A DNA stretch of 64,000 bases, taken from positions 114,859 to 178,858 of the IMG/VR virus record IMGVR_UViG_3300050821_018577. One strand, 5' to 3'. The stretch comes from a virus. The translations under genes were made by a program, and so were the position numbers. Shown piece by piece: positions 28,105 to 37,912 of the stretch (position 1 is the first letter of the stretch; every line of letters begins with the position of its first letter). Under the pieces are notes generated by a model. That model did no database searches. It worked only from the letters and a program-made list of their open reading frames with translations, and was not told the origin of the DNA.

Positions 28105-28344
28105 ACGAGCAAAATCAAACGCATCTTCTATGCCATCTGGCTCTTCCTATTAGTTCTTCTGTCTGGATGTTCTGCTGCCAAACGTCCTCTTGCTGCCCAC
28201 GTCGTGGTACCGCGTCCGTGTCTCATCAAAATGGAGTTGACTGACCAGAGTGAATGCCACGGTCCGGATTCGGCTCATCTGATTTGTGGCAACGTCACCA
28301 TCACCCGCAAAACCGATTGCGAGCAATTGGCGGTGGAGCGATGA
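28105..28344 (+). CDS. small lipoprotein, start codon unclear
   Basis: KRIFYAIWLFLLVLLSGC lipobox; ATGA-coupled to next gene; absent from ORF track. Confidence 0.5.
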   Translation, partial: TSKIKRIFYAIWLFLLVLLSGCSAAKRPLAAHVVVPRPCLIKMELTDQSECHGPDSAHLICGNVTITRKTDCEQLAVER

Positions 28345-28577
28345 ATTGCTGCGTCTGTAAAAAGAATCCCAAAGTTCAAGGGCTGCAGCTTTGCCAATCT
28401 TGCGTGCGCAAATTTATCAAACATGATTCGACCTCGAAACCGTTTCTGGATCCGCCGAAGCCTGAACCGACTCCCGACATTCGCGGCAAGAACAATAACG
28501 ACAGCGGCCGCGGGCTCGAAATACCAGAAGCCACTTCCGCTGCAGGCGTACCTCTACCCAAACGCGCCCATGCCTGA
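28341..28577 (+). CDS. small Zn-finger-like protein
   Basis: CCVC..CQSC. Confidence 0.5.
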   Translation: MNCCVCKKNPKVQGLQLCQSCVRKFIKHDSTSKPFLDPPKPEPTPDIRGKNNNDSGRGLEIPEATSAAGVPLPKRAHA

Positions 28578-28588
28578 TACAATGCCGC

Positions 28589-28665
28589 TGCGCGGTGGAG
28601 CAGCCCGGTAGCTCGTTGGGCTCATAACCCAAAGGCCGTCAGTTCAAATCTGACCCGCGCAACCA
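28589..28665 (+). tRNA. tRNA-fMet(CAT)-like
   Basis: Initiator-type body, GGG/CCC anticodon stem, CCA; 1:72 is paired U:A. Confidence 0.9.
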
Positions 28666-28682
28666 AATTTTGGAGAGTAACA

Positions 28683-28967
28683 ATGCCCCACTACGCAGAC
28701 GGTACGGTCGCAAAGGTTGGAGACCTGGTGCAGATTGTTGCCGCGAACCAATCGCAGAAAGTGCTTGGCGCTCTGGTTTCTATTACTCCGGGATCGACGA
28801 GCTGCAACGGCCAAGTGCTTCCGTTTGCGCGGAAGTACGGCGATTATGCGTGGGTGCCAGTTGCCTCTCCGTATCTCGATTGCATCACAATCTCCGATTT
28901 GCTTCCGGTCGCGCCGGTCGATACCCGCGTGCCCGCGGAACCCGCCACAGCACCAGTCCCGGCATAA
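28683..28967 (+). CDS. hypothetical protein
   Basis: RBS GGAG, between tRNAs. Confidence 0.55.
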   Translation: MPHYADGTVAKVGDLVQIVAANQSQKVLGALVSITPGSTSCNGQVLPFARKYGDYAWVPVASPYLDCITISDLLPVAPVDTRVPAEPATAPVPA

Positions 28968-28974
28968 CAAACTT

Positions 28975-29048
28975 CGGGCCATAGCTGGAAGGTCAAGCAC
29001 AGCGTTTGGGACGCTGCGAATCCCGTTCGATTCGGGATGGCCCGACCA
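28975..29048 (+). tRNA. tRNA-Pro(TGG)
   Basis: Cloverleaf, loop TTTGGGA, CCA. Confidence 0.85.
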
Positions 29049-29055
29049 ATCTTGT

Positions 29056-29130
29056 AGGGGAGTAGCCGAGTGGCAAGGCGCTCGTTTCGGGTGCGAGAGA
29101 CCGGGAGTTCGATTCTCCTCTCCCCTACCA
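29056..29130 (+). tRNA. tRNA-Pro(CGG)
   Basis: Cloverleaf, loop TTCGGGT, CCA. Confidence 0.88.
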
Positions 29131-29133
29131 CTT

Positions 29134-29700
29134 TTAATTGAGCCCCGGCCGCGCATTGGCTGGAAGCCGCTTGGTCATCACAACCTGCAGGTCGGTCGCA
29201 GCATTGACGTAGTGTTTGAGCCAGAACGAGCGCGTCTCTTCGTTGCGGCCGGCCGTATCGGCTTCCACGCTGTACCCATAGGAAAAATCGAAGTCGCAGG
29301 CTACCTGGTATTCGATCCGGTTTGTTTCGCGCCATTGCTTGTTGAAATAGAGAAAGCTGGCCTCGCAAATCGGCGGCCAAGCGTGCATGAAATCCTGGAC
29401 GGCACGCATGTGATTGTAGTAGGGCACCGAAAGAGACAGCTTGCCGGTCGGAATCAGAAGTCGGTAAATCTCGTCCATAAATTTTCCGCGCAAGTGGCCC
29501 GGGACTAGATGGAACATATGCTCACAGACAATCTCTTCGACCGTTTCATCAGCATATTGAAAAGAAGGAAACGAAGATTTGTCGAGGCCTAGGTCAATCT
29601 TCGTGAAACCATCTGGCACGTTGCCACGGCCAAAATAGAGTTTGGATTTTACCAGTGGTAATACCGCCACGGCTTTTTGTTTGTGATTTCCCTTTACCAT
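29134..29700 (-). CDS. class I SAM-dependent methyltransferase-like
   Basis: LYFGRG..GFTKIDL, VEEIVCEHMFHLV, H..QDF.H.WP. Confidence 0.7.
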   Translation of the reverse strand: MVKGNHKQKAVAVLPLVKSKLYFGRGNVPDGFTKIDLGLDKSSFPSFQYADETVEEIVCEHMFHLVPGHLRGKFMDEIYRLLIPTGKLSLSVPYYNHMRAVQDFMHAWPPICEASFLYFNKQWRETNRIEYQVACDFDFSYGYSVEADTAGRNEETRSFWLKHYVNAATDLQVVMTKRLPANARPGLN

Positions 29701-30383
29701 ACGATTCCTGTACTTGGGTCATAATGACCGACGCGCACGCGCGTATCGCAAGCGAATCGGAAACCGTGGCCGGCTGCAGTGTTGTAGAACCAGAGGTCTT
29801 GCGAAAAGCATTTATCCTTTTCCTGCACGGTCTTGAACCAGGGCTTTGGCATCTTCTTGAACATCGCAATCTTAAAGAGGTTGAAGCCCATTCCGAGGCC
29901 GTTGCAATGCTGCAAGGTATCGGGCCGCGGAACTTGCGGAATGAAATTACGCGGCATGACTGTAGGATCTCCATAAATCATTGGCTGGCCGGCCTCGCCT
30001 TTGGTCCAATAGAGCCCGCCGACGCCATCATACTGTTCCATGCCTTCGTATAATTTAATGAGGCCGTCCGGAGGTGGAATGTTGTCGTGCTCTACGGTGA
30101 GCAGATATTTGAATTTTGCGAGCGCAGGATTATCGAGGATCATTTCGACCGCTTTGTTATAAGCATCGCCCACTTCCATATCGGTTAGGAAGATGGGCCC
30201 CACAAATTGCTGGTTCATCGGCCGTTGCAAACCAATCCAGGACGAAACCACTTTGGCATCGAGTTTTCCGGTGGGGCTTGGCGTGACCCAAACCGTGGAA
30301 AGGTCCTTGTAGCTCTGGCCTTTGACCAGCCGGTTGATGGACTTGTCCAACTGCTGATTGTGAAAACCGATGTCGCCGCTCAT
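29694..30383 (-). CDS. GT-A fold glycosyltransferase-like
   Basis: LLTVEHDNIPP, GMGFNLFK, SQDLWF..D.RVRVGH. Confidence 0.75.
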   Translation of the reverse strand: MSGDIGFHNQQLDKSINRLVKGQSYKDLSTVWVTPSPTGKLDAKVVSSWIGLQRPMNQQFVGPIFLTDMEVGDAYNKAVEMILDNPALAKFKYLLTVEHDNIPPPDGLIKLYEGMEQYDGVGGLYWTKGEAGQPMIYGDPTVMPRNFIPQVPRPDTLQHCNGLGMGFNLFKIAMFKKMPKPWFKTVQEKDKCFSQDLWFYNTAAGHGFRFACDTRVRVGHYDPSTGIVW

Positions 30384-30901
30384 TCTTCGTCCTTAATTTG
30401 GATCCGGCGCTTGCCATCCAGGACAAGCGTAGCCCATTCCTCGGATGGTTTGACAATATCTTTCGCAGCTTTGTCCTGCATGCACCGGCGGCATTCACAA
30501 TCCGCCCCGTGAGCCAAGACGAACGATGTTCCGGGATGGCTTGACCCTACAAACGGAAATGGAAATGTGGTCGCCGTAGCTGCATAAGACATCGTTGAAA
30601 ATTGCTGTGGCAACCCTGTCACCGTTCGTAATGGTCCCCAACAACCGTCGACGGAAACTGCACTAAGTGGCGGGTCGGGAACAACGCCGAAGCCAGCGCC
30701 GAAGCCGCTCGCCGCTCGCTGGTCAGGAACTATGTTGTAGTCCTCTGTCGGCCTAACCGGAAGTGGCACGTCTCCAGGAGTATTTGTTCGTGCAGGTCTT
30801 AAAAACGGATTGCGTGCGATAGGTGCGACCTCGGGGCTGTGAACATTTGCAGTGTCTGGAGGATTTACTCGTCTCGGTCTGCGTTTCCAGAATGCTGTCA
30901 T
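30380..30901 (-). CDS. hypothetical Pro-rich protein
   Basis: ATGA-coupled ORF; C-term VLDGKRRIQIKDEE. Confidence 0.55.
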   Translation of the reverse strand: MTAFWKRRPRRVNPPDTANVHSPEVAPIARNPFLRPARTNTPGDVPLPVRPTEDYNIVPDQRAASGFGAGFGVVPDPPLSAVSVDGCWGPLRTVTGLPQQFSTMSYAATATTFPFPFVGSSHPGTSFVLAHGADCECRRCMQDKAAKDIVKPSEEWATLVLDGKRRIQIKDEE

Positions 30902-31395
30902 TTAGCGACCAGTTCCACGCCGTATTGCAAACAAAGAGCTGTCCAAGGTTCCAATACTTGCTGGGTAGGATACCACGAACCATCCTCTTCGCGGTCAAGG
31001 GGCATAGCGACTCTGACCCATTTTGCGTCAAGGATAATAACAGCGAGAATGCTTCTGCTTTCGCAGACCAGCCGGACGGCCCTTTGCACGGGGACGCTTC
31101 GTGGGATCGACGGAATGTAGTTGCCGATGTTCCCTCCCAATTCCTCAAGTACGGACTGAAATGTGTCCGGCCGGTGAATATCCTCGCCATCGAGATAGGG
31201 GCAGCGGAATACGCGGCAATTGTGTGGATATTGTTCGTCATTGTGAATGGCGCAACCTTCAAGCTCAAAGTCGCAATGTGTTTGGGCAGGTTTCAGAATT
31301 TTTAGGTCGGGATGTTGCGGAATGTCCTCGACCGCGAACGACCAGCAGCAGAATGAACAACCATCGCATTTAGACATCTCGTTCACTGCGCACAA
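30898..31395 (-). CDS. YkgJ-like Cys-cluster protein
   Basis: CDGCSFCC..HC..GCAIH..P..CRVFRC. Confidence 0.65.
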   Translation of the reverse strand: MCAVNEMSKCDGCSFCCWSFAVEDIPQHPDLKILKPAQTHCDFELEGCAIHNDEQYPHNCRVFRCPYLDGEDIHRPDTFQSVLEELGGNIGNYIPSIPRSVPVQRAVRLVCESRSILAVIILDAKWVRVAMPLDREEDGSWYPTQQVLEPWTALCLQYGVELVAK

Positions 31396-32120
31396 AATAA
31401 CTGAATCGTAGCCTGTTTAGGAGTTCCGTTCGTCACGGTGATTTTGAATCCAAGGATGTCGTAGGCCGCGACTGAGGTAGTCCATCCAGTCAGTGTCGTA
31501 CTATAGATTGCCGTTCCTGTCGAAATGGCCGGGGTGGCTGACGCCGTGATTGAGGCCGTAGGAACCGCAGTGCCAGTCGCTATTTTTAATACGTCAATCG
31601 TCAACGTACCAGCGTCAACCATGATGGCCCAGCCCACAATGGTGCACGAAAATGGCACGGTTAGGTATCCGACTTGGTTCACAACAAGCGCGGAAGCGCT
31701 CGTGGCGTTCGCGTCTCCAAACGCGAATCCGATTGCGCGGACCGCTCCGACGCCGCCTTGCGTTGTGTAGTTTGTTCCGTCGTCGTAGACTTCCACCGCC
31801 ATGTTGGTCGTCAGCGTGATAGACGCTGCGCCGTTGACCGTTCCCGAGGATGGGCTGAGTGTCAGCGTACCAAGGCCGATATTCTTAAGCTGGAACACCG
31901 TGCCAGTCGGGCAGGTCGACGCCGTCGGCAGGGTATAGGTGTACGCGCTCGCGCTGTTGACAACAACCAGCTGCAACGATTCCGCGCACGTGCCCGAATG
32001 CGGCGAACCAGCAGTTAACGTCGTCACGCCATTGACCATACGCGAGACATTCTGTGCAAATAGCGATGGCGCAGCGAGAACACACAATAGTAGAAACTTC
32101 AAAGCGTTTTTCATTTTCAT
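31383..32120 (-). CDS. beta-rich structural-like protein with signal-peptide-like N-terminus
   Basis: TGATG coupling; MKMKNALKFLLLCVLAAPSLFA; T.TLP.A..DGTNY. Confidence 0.65.
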   Translation of the reverse strand: MKMKNALKFLLLCVLAAPSLFAQNVSRMVNGVTTLTAGSPHSGTCAESLQLVVVNSASAYTYTLPTASTCPTGTVFQLKNIGLGTLTLSPSSGTVNGAASITLTTNMAVEVYDDGTNYTTQGGVGAVRAIGFAFGDANATSASALVVNQVGYLTVPFSCTIVGWAIMVDAGTLTIDVLKIATGTAVPTASITASATPAISTGTAIYSTTLTGWTTSVAAYDILGFKITVTNGTPKQATIQLFCAQ

Positions 32121-35100
32121 CAACTCCCTGCCAAACAAAACCACGGCTGGTTGAAAACCTGCGACCCGCTTATCGTGATATTTGTCGAAGTCAAAGTGAT
32201 GGCTGCCGGGATGCCTCCGGTGGACATGATGCCAGCTAAGAACTGCGATGGGAAGGCGGTACTGAAAACACTTCCGGTATTTTGAACGCTAAAAACCGTA
32301 TCGGCAGGATTAATCCCGGTCAGCGTCGTGCTTCCGAGAGCTGCAAGACCTACGTTGGTTACGGCCGACAACGACCCGCTTGCGGTAAAGAACGACCCCG
32401 CGAGCAATCCGCCTGAGCTGAGAACGTTGATTCCTAATGTCCCGGCATTGCTCAAGACAGAAACCGTGGTCGTGCCGGTGATATGAGAACCGGCCACTGT
32501 TCCGAGGGTCGATACGATATTAGAATTTGCGCTAGCACCGACCAGCGCGATAGTTTCCGATTTTGCCGTGCCCGTTGCGGAAATGGATGCGGCCGAATTG
32601 AATGACGACAACGAACCAGAGGAAGCACTGATAGTGAAAGCGCTGGCGTTTCCGGAAGTCGATAAGGCCAAGAACGCGGCGCCATAAGAACTGATTCCGG
32701 TCACAGCCGAACCGGCGACCAATCCGCCAGACGTATTTACGCTGGCAACCGATGGCGCAACTGTGAAAGCGGTAATCGCTGTCGAAGTCGAGGCGGTGAG
32801 GGCCGATGCTGCCAGCAAGCCGCCAGAGGACATAGCACCCAAGGTGGCCGAAGTGACGCCGGTGGCCGCGGCGACCTGCGTGGTGCTGGTGAACAATCCA
32901 TCTGCGCCATACAGCGATACCGACCAATTGGTGCTCGACGCCGAAAAATTCAATAAGTGCCCGACAACATATTCGCCAGCAGTTGTGCTAGTGGAACCAA
33001 AGGTCATCGGATGGACCAGCGGTCCCGACCAGCCACCTTGGAACTGCGTTAGCGATGTCGCTCCGGCCGTTGTAGACGTACCGCTCGACCAGGACCACGA
33101 ACTGGAGATGCTAAGCACGGAAGTCAATTGCGTGCTGTTCACAAAGGAATAGAGCACAAGCGATTGACTCATTTGGCCGGCGCCGGAGTTGGTGACGGCG
33201 AACGAGATGTTATGCGCCAGGTCCACTTCGGTCAGTGTCATAGCTGCGGGTAAGAAGACTCGCTGGAGCAAGAGCGAGCTCCCGAAGCTGTTGGCTGTCG
33301 AAGTCGCTCCGGATGTGACCACCCCGCTCACCTGAACGTTATTGACCATGCCAAAGCTATGATTTTGGAAAATACTAATCTTGGATGCCAGCGAATCGTT
33401 CAGTCGTCTGGTTGTCAAAGCCCCGGCAGAGGTAACTCCAATAGTCCAGAGATACGATGGACTTTTGATTATGAAGCCGGTTGGATTCGCACCGCTGAAC
33501 GTGGTGGAGGTTGTTGTCAGTGCTCCCGCAATGCTGACGCCAACAATCCAAGATGTGGTAAGGCCGGCATCGTCCAGTGTGAGCGTGCTCAGATTGCCGT
33601 ATGTAACGGTAGCGGTGTGCAACACGCCGTTGTCGTCAATCGTCACCGACCAGAGAACGCTGTTGGAATCCTGCAATATGAGGGAAGTCGGGACCGTCGG
33701 AGCAGGACCGATGACCGTCACGGCAGGGTTGGTGCTGAGTTGTGACAATGTGATGTTGCTGCCGGCCACAAGCGCGAATGCGGAAGAGGAAGCTGTATTC
33801 GCGGTGCCGCTTGTGGCTCCTCCGCTGGTCGTTGTAACCGACACTAGCGTCGAGTAGCTGCTGGCCGACACAGAAATAGTCATCGAGTTCACAGCTGTAG
33901 CTGTTTGCAAACTGACATTGGCACCCGCCGCAAAGGCCAAGGACAATGCTGTTCCGGCGATACTCGTTCCCGATGCACTGAAAGTGTTTGTTCCTGCCGC
34001 CCCGGCGCCAGGGGCTGGCCCGATAATCGTGATGGAAGGATTTGTGCTCAATTGGCTCAACGTGATGTTGCTGCCAGCCACCAAAGCGAACGCCGATGAA
34101 GAAGCCGTGTTTGCGGTACCGCTCGAGGCTCCGCCCACCGTCGTACTAATCGAAACCAAAGTTGAATAGCTGCTGGCGGAAATTGTAATGGTGCTGGCCG
34201 CTTGGCCGATGCCAATGTTGGCGCCTGCGGAAATCGACATCGCGCCTGTCGACCCGTTGAGACTCGACACAACGCTCGACCCGGAAATGGAAACAGTCAT
34301 GGCTCCTACGGCCGTGGCAGTTTGCAAGCTGATGTTCGCGCCAGCCGCCAGGGCTAGAGAAATAGCCGTCCCCGTAATGCTCGTCCCGGATGCGCTTATC
34401 GTTTGCGTTCCGAGCGGAACGGCAGTCTGCGAATAAGAAATCACCCCGCCGGTCGTACTCAGTCCGAGGCCTCCACCGGCCGAATAGGTTGGCCCCAAAA
34501 TAGACAGTACGCTGCTGGTAGTCGATGCCGTTCCAATGGTGGTGCTTTGAGAAAGAACGAATGGGGAGATAGCCTGAAAAAATACCGTGCCATTGGTGAT
34601 GACAGAGCTGGTGCCCGAAGTATTTCCCGAGATTTGAATCGCGGAGATACCAGGTTGTATTGTTTGCGCAGCGTCGGGTGCTACTGAAAGTTGCAGCACT
34701 CCAGCGCCGTTTGAGGAAACAGTTAGATTTACCCCAGACACGGTGATCGGTCCCGAACTCAGCGAGCCGCTAGGGCCGATACTGCTTACGATGTTGCCTT
34801 GCAATGTTTGTGAATAGGAAATCGTGCCGCCAGTGGTGCTCAAGCCCAGACCGCCGCCTGCGGAATATGCTGGCCCGAAAATAGACAGCACGCTGCTGGT
34901 AGTTGACGCCGTTCCCGTGGTAGTGCTCTGCGACAATCCAATCGGAGAAACGGCTTGGACAAATACGGTGCCGTTGGTAATGACTGAACTGGTGCCGGAT
35001 GTGTTGCCAGACATTTCGATAGCTGAAATGCTCGGCTGAATGGTTTGCGCGGCGGCACTCAATTGAAGAACGCCAGCGCCATTTGAAGAGACGGTCAAAT

Positions 35101-37255
35101 TCACTCCGGATACAGTAATTGGACCGGAGCTTAACGAACCCGATGGTCCGATACTGCTGACGACGCTTCCCGAAGTAGCGTAGGAAATCGACCCGCCGGT
35201 CGTACTGACCAGCAATCCAGCACCAGCACTGAAAGCCGGCGCGAGGATCGACAATATATTGCTGGTAGTCGAATTGGCTCCTACGGTTGTGCTTTGCGAC
35301 AGCACCATAGGGCTGACGGCCTGCAAAATCAGCGTGCCAGTCGCGATAACAGAAGATGTTCCGGAAGTGTTGCCGGACATCTCTGCGGCCGAAAGGACAG
35401 CCGGCGTGGTTGCTGCATAGCTGATGGTGCCGCCCGTCGTGCTGACGCTGAGGATCCCGCCGGCGCTGTAAAGCGGGCCAGCATAGCTAATCGTTCCACC
35501 AGTCGTGCTCACGGCCAGTGGCGAGGCCGCAGAATAAGCCGGGCCAAACACCGACAGCACGTTGCTCGTCGTCGAATTGGCGCCGATAGTGGTGCTTTGC
35601 GACAAGCCAATTGGTGAAATTGCCTGGAGATAGAGCGTGCCCGTCGATACAGCGGAGCTTGTCCCGGAGGTGTTGCCGGAAATCTGTACAGCAGAGATGA
35701 CGGTCTGCGGAGACGGTCCGACAATCGAGACGGTGAGCGAACCAACACCTGTCGCGGTTTGCAAGGTAATGTTCGCGCCCGCTGCCAACGCCAGGGAGAC
35801 GCCGGTTCCGGTCACGTTGGTGCCGGCGGCGCTCAAAGTTTGCGTGCCAGCCGCACCCGCGCCACCAGCACCGCCAATAATCGTGACCGAATTTAGGCCC
35901 GCGCCAGTTGTCTGTGACAGCGTGATATTGCTGCCAGCGCAAAGGATCAATGCCCCGGAAGCGATAAGCCCCGACGCTCCGGAGGTTGCGCCGCCACCGG
36001 ACGCGCTAATTTCCGCAGCCGACAAAAACACCGAAGAAAGGGAAAGACTGACCGAACTGGCGCCAGTGGTTAATCCAAGTCCAGCGCCTGCTGCCAGCAC
36101 CATCGTTCCCGTGCTCGAGGCCAAACCGCTTGGCGAAACGGCATTCTCGCCGCTCACAGAAACAGTCATGGCTCCTACGGCCGTGGCAGTTTGCAAGCTG
36201 ATGTTCGCGCCAGCCGCCAGGGCGAGAGAGATACCCGCCGCAGTGACGCTGGTTCCGGACGCGCTTATCGTCTGCGTTCCTGGAGCGACAGTCGTGTTCC
36301 CGCTAATCCCGATGACGTTTGCGCCGCTACTGGAAATCGTGATGCCCGGGCCGGCCGAAAATGAAATCGACCCCGCGCTAGTGGACGTCCCGGCTCCCAC
36401 CGCGTTGACGAGATTAGCAGGCGCGCTGATGCCGATGACACTGGCTCCGCTGCTGGAGATGGTGATATTGTTGCCGCCGGAAATCGAAATCGAGCCAACA
36501 CTTGTGGACGTTCCTGCGCCCAGGGCGCTTACGCCCGCTCCGCCACCGCCTGCCGCGCCGACAATCGTGATGGATTGCGAATTCTGACTGAGTGAGATAT
36601 TGCTGCCGGCGACCAACTTTAAGGTCGCGATTTGCGCGGAGGTTCCACCGATGACACTTCCGCCGACTGCGGAATCTGCGGAAACGTAAATCGACGCGGC
36701 CGATGGAGATGGGCCCAAGACCGTAATTGAATTCGCGCTGGTGCCAGAATTCTGAGAAAGCGTAATGTTGCTGCCGGCGCAGAGGATCAGGCCACCCAAC
36801 GCAATGCTGCTGGCGCCTAGTGTTGTGCCTCCGCCGGATGCCGATATGGCGAAATCGGTGATTAGTTCGAATACCGAGCCGCCCACCAATTGTTGCGTTA
36901 CGGAAAATAACAGAGGAGCGGTTACAGGAGACGCGAGCCAAACTTCACCGACTACGCTGCTGGCCGGAAATAATTCACCGGACCGCCATCGATAGGTTTC
37001 CCCGGCAGAAACCAGCGTGGTTACACCATTATCGAGAACGTAGAAGGAAGATGGCGCAGTCTCGTCCTCAATGACCTGTTTGATGTCGACGAAATTACAC
37101 GGGACGCTAGCGACGACCAGTTCTGGTTCGTTTAGGACGGCGAGATAGAAGGTATCTGCCACATATGGATGATTGCAAAAAAAGCATTCACTGGCGAGAT
37201 TTTTTGCTACCATCGGTGACGTGAAAGAAGCAGTCAACGCGGCGGCAATAGCCAA
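32120..37255 (-). CDS. giant Ser/Gly/Thr/Ala-rich repetitive fibre-like protein (start uncertain, possibly 37162)
   Basis: 1711-aa ORF with many AG.NI.L and ISASGT repeats. Confidence 0.75.
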   Translation of the reverse strand: MAIAAALTASFTSPMVAKNLASECFFCNHPYVADTFYLAVLNEPELVVASVPCNFVDIKQVIEDETAPSSFYVLDNGVTTLVSAGETYRWRSGELFPASSVVGEVWLASPVTAPLLFSVTQQLVGGSVFELITDFAISASGGGTTLGASSIALGGLILCAGSNITLSQNSGTSANSITVLGPSPSAASIYVSADSAVGGSVIGGTSAQIATLKLVAGSNISLSQNSQSITIVGAAGGGGAGVSALGAGTSTSVGSISISGGNNITISSSGASVIGISAPANLVNAVGAGTSTSAGSISFSAGPGITISSSGANVIGISGNTTVAPGTQTISASGTSVTAAGISLALAAGANISLQTATAVGAMTVSVSGENAVSPSGLASSTGTMVLAAGAGLGLTTGASSVSLSLSSVFLSAAEISASGGGATSGASGLIASGALILCAGSNITLSQTTGAGLNSVTIIGGAGGAGAAGTQTLSAAGTNVTGTGVSLALAAGANITLQTATGVGSLTVSIVGPSPQTVISAVQISGNTSGTSSAVSTGTLYLQAISPIGLSQSTTIGANSTTSNVLSVFGPAYSAASPLAVSTTGGTISYAGPLYSAGGILSVSTTGGTISYAATTPAVLSAAEMSGNTSGTSSVIATGTLILQAVSPMVLSQSTTVGANSTTSNILSILAPAFSAGAGLLVSTTGGSISYATSGSVVSSIGPSGSLSSGPITVSGVNLTVSSNGAGVLQLSAAAQTIQPSISAIEMSGNTSGTSSVITNGTVFVQAVSPIGLSQSTTTGTASTTSSVLSIFGPAYSAGGGLGLSTTGGTISYSQTLQGNIVSSIGPSGSLSSGPITVSGVNLTVSSNGAGVLQLSVAPDAAQTIQPGISAIQISGNTSGTSSVITNGTVFFQAISPFVLSQSTTIGTASTTSSVLSILGPTYSAGGGLGLSTTGGVISYSQTAVPLGTQTISASGTSITGTAISLALAAGANISLQTATAVGAMTVSISGSSVVSSLNGSTGAMSISAGANIGIGQAASTITISASSYSTLVSISTTVGGASSGTANTASSSAFALVAGSNITLSQLSTNPSITIIGPAPGAGAAGTNTFSASGTSIAGTALSLAFAAGANVSLQTATAVNSMTISVSASSYSTLVSVTTTSGGATSGTANTASSSAFALVAGSNITLSQLSTNPAVTVIGPAPTVPTSLILQDSNSVLWSVTIDDNGVLHTATVTYGNLSTLTLDDAGLTTSWIVGVSIAGALTTTSTTFSGANPTGFIIKSPSYLWTIGVTSAGALTTRRLNDSLASKISIFQNHSFGMVNNVQVSGVVTSGATSTANSFGSSLLLQRVFLPAAMTLTEVDLAHNISFAVTNSGAGQMSQSLVLYSFVNSTQLTSVLSISSSWSWSSGTSTTAGATSLTQFQGGWSGPLVHPMTFGSTSTTAGEYVVGHLLNFSASSTNWSVSLYGADGLFTSTTQVAAATGVTSATLGAMSSGGLLAASALTASTSTAITAFTVAPSVASVNTSGGLVAGSAVTGISSYGAAFLALSTSGNASAFTISASSGSLSSFNSAASISATGTAKSETIALVGASANSNIVSTLGTVAGSHITGTTTVSVLSNAGTLGINVLSSGGLLAGSFFTASGSLSAVTNVGLAALGSTTLTGINPADTVFSVQNTGSVFSTAFPSQFLAGIMSTGGIPAAITLTSTNITISGSQVFNQPWFCLAGS
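34290..34354. repeat. 65-bp perfect direct repeat, copy 1
   Basis: Identical to 36159-36223. Confidence 0.9.
36159..36223. repeat. 65-bp perfect direct repeat, copy 2
   Basis: Identical to 34290-34354. Confidence 0.9.
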
Positions 37256-37652
37256 GAAGCTCCGGTCTCGGCCGGCTCCTGAGTGCGAGGAGTGTCAAGC
37301 CAAAACCATGCAGCTTGTTGGGGATGGAACGCTTCGTTGTACTTCTTGCGGACACCAACAAGGTCCTACACCGCAAGTGTTGCTCACAACCGATGCAGCT
37401 AGCGCCGAGAATTATCAGCAGCCGCATACTGGAGCTCCGGTAAGAACACCCAGCGTAGGCGGGCTGCCCATCGGCATCAACGCATTACAGATTGGCCCGA
37501 CCGTCGCGCATTTCGAGCAACCCGATTACCGCGCGCCGGCTGCCGTGAAAGGCGTTGCAGACTATCCCATGTACGCCAACGCCAATGCGTTGCAAATCGG
37601 TCCGACACCAGCTAAACGCTACGTGCAGCCTGGCGGGGATCCGCGGGGGTAA
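37173..37652 (+). CDS. Zn-ribbon protein with QPDYRAP/DPRG tail
   Basis: CEEC..CTSCGH; internal NALQIGPT duplication; start uncertain. Confidence 0.55.
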   Translation: MQKKHSLARFFATIGDVKEAVNAAAIAKKLRSRPAPECEECQAKTMQLVGDGTLRCTSCGHQQGPTPQVLLTTDAASAENYQQPHTGAPVRTPSVGGLPIGINALQIGPTVAHFEQPDYRAPAAVKGVADYPMYANANALQIGPTPAKRYVQPGGDPRG

Positions 37653-37653
37653 T

Positions 37654-37866
37654 ATGAGTTTCAACCCGAATCCGATGGGGATCACTGGTCCGACGTCGCC
37701 GGCCTGGAAAGAGCAGAACGATTACCGCGCGCCGGTCGTTAACGCCAACGTTGTCAGCTATCCGATTGCCACCAATGTACTGCTGTTGACTTGGCCGTTG
37801 CCAATTTACGTGAATCCCGTGAGCGTCAAGGACGACCCGCAAGGAACCATTCGCGGCGGTAGATAA
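37654..37866 (+). CDS. small DYRAP-DDPQG family peptide 1
   Basis: MSFNPNP..NDYRAP..KDDPQG. Confidence 0.65.
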   Translation: MSFNPNPMGITGPTSPAWKEQNDYRAPVVNANVVSYPIATNVLLLTWPLPIYVNPVSVKDDPQGTIRGGR

Positions 37867-37912
37867 TGCTTGACGTGCGGCGCAAGAATCGTTCATCATA
37901 GGGGGTAAGTTT

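Noticed and set aside
28717-29508. 263-aa plus-strand ORF
   Set aside because: Runs through two tRNA genes and antisense to the methyltransferase; no protein-like features
34290-36223. DGR template/variable repeat pair
   Set aside because: The copies are identical with no adenine-specific differences, and no reverse transcriptase is in the window
29131-37260. Invertible segment flanked by recombinase sites
   Set aside because: No inverted repeats found at the block ends and no invertase in the window
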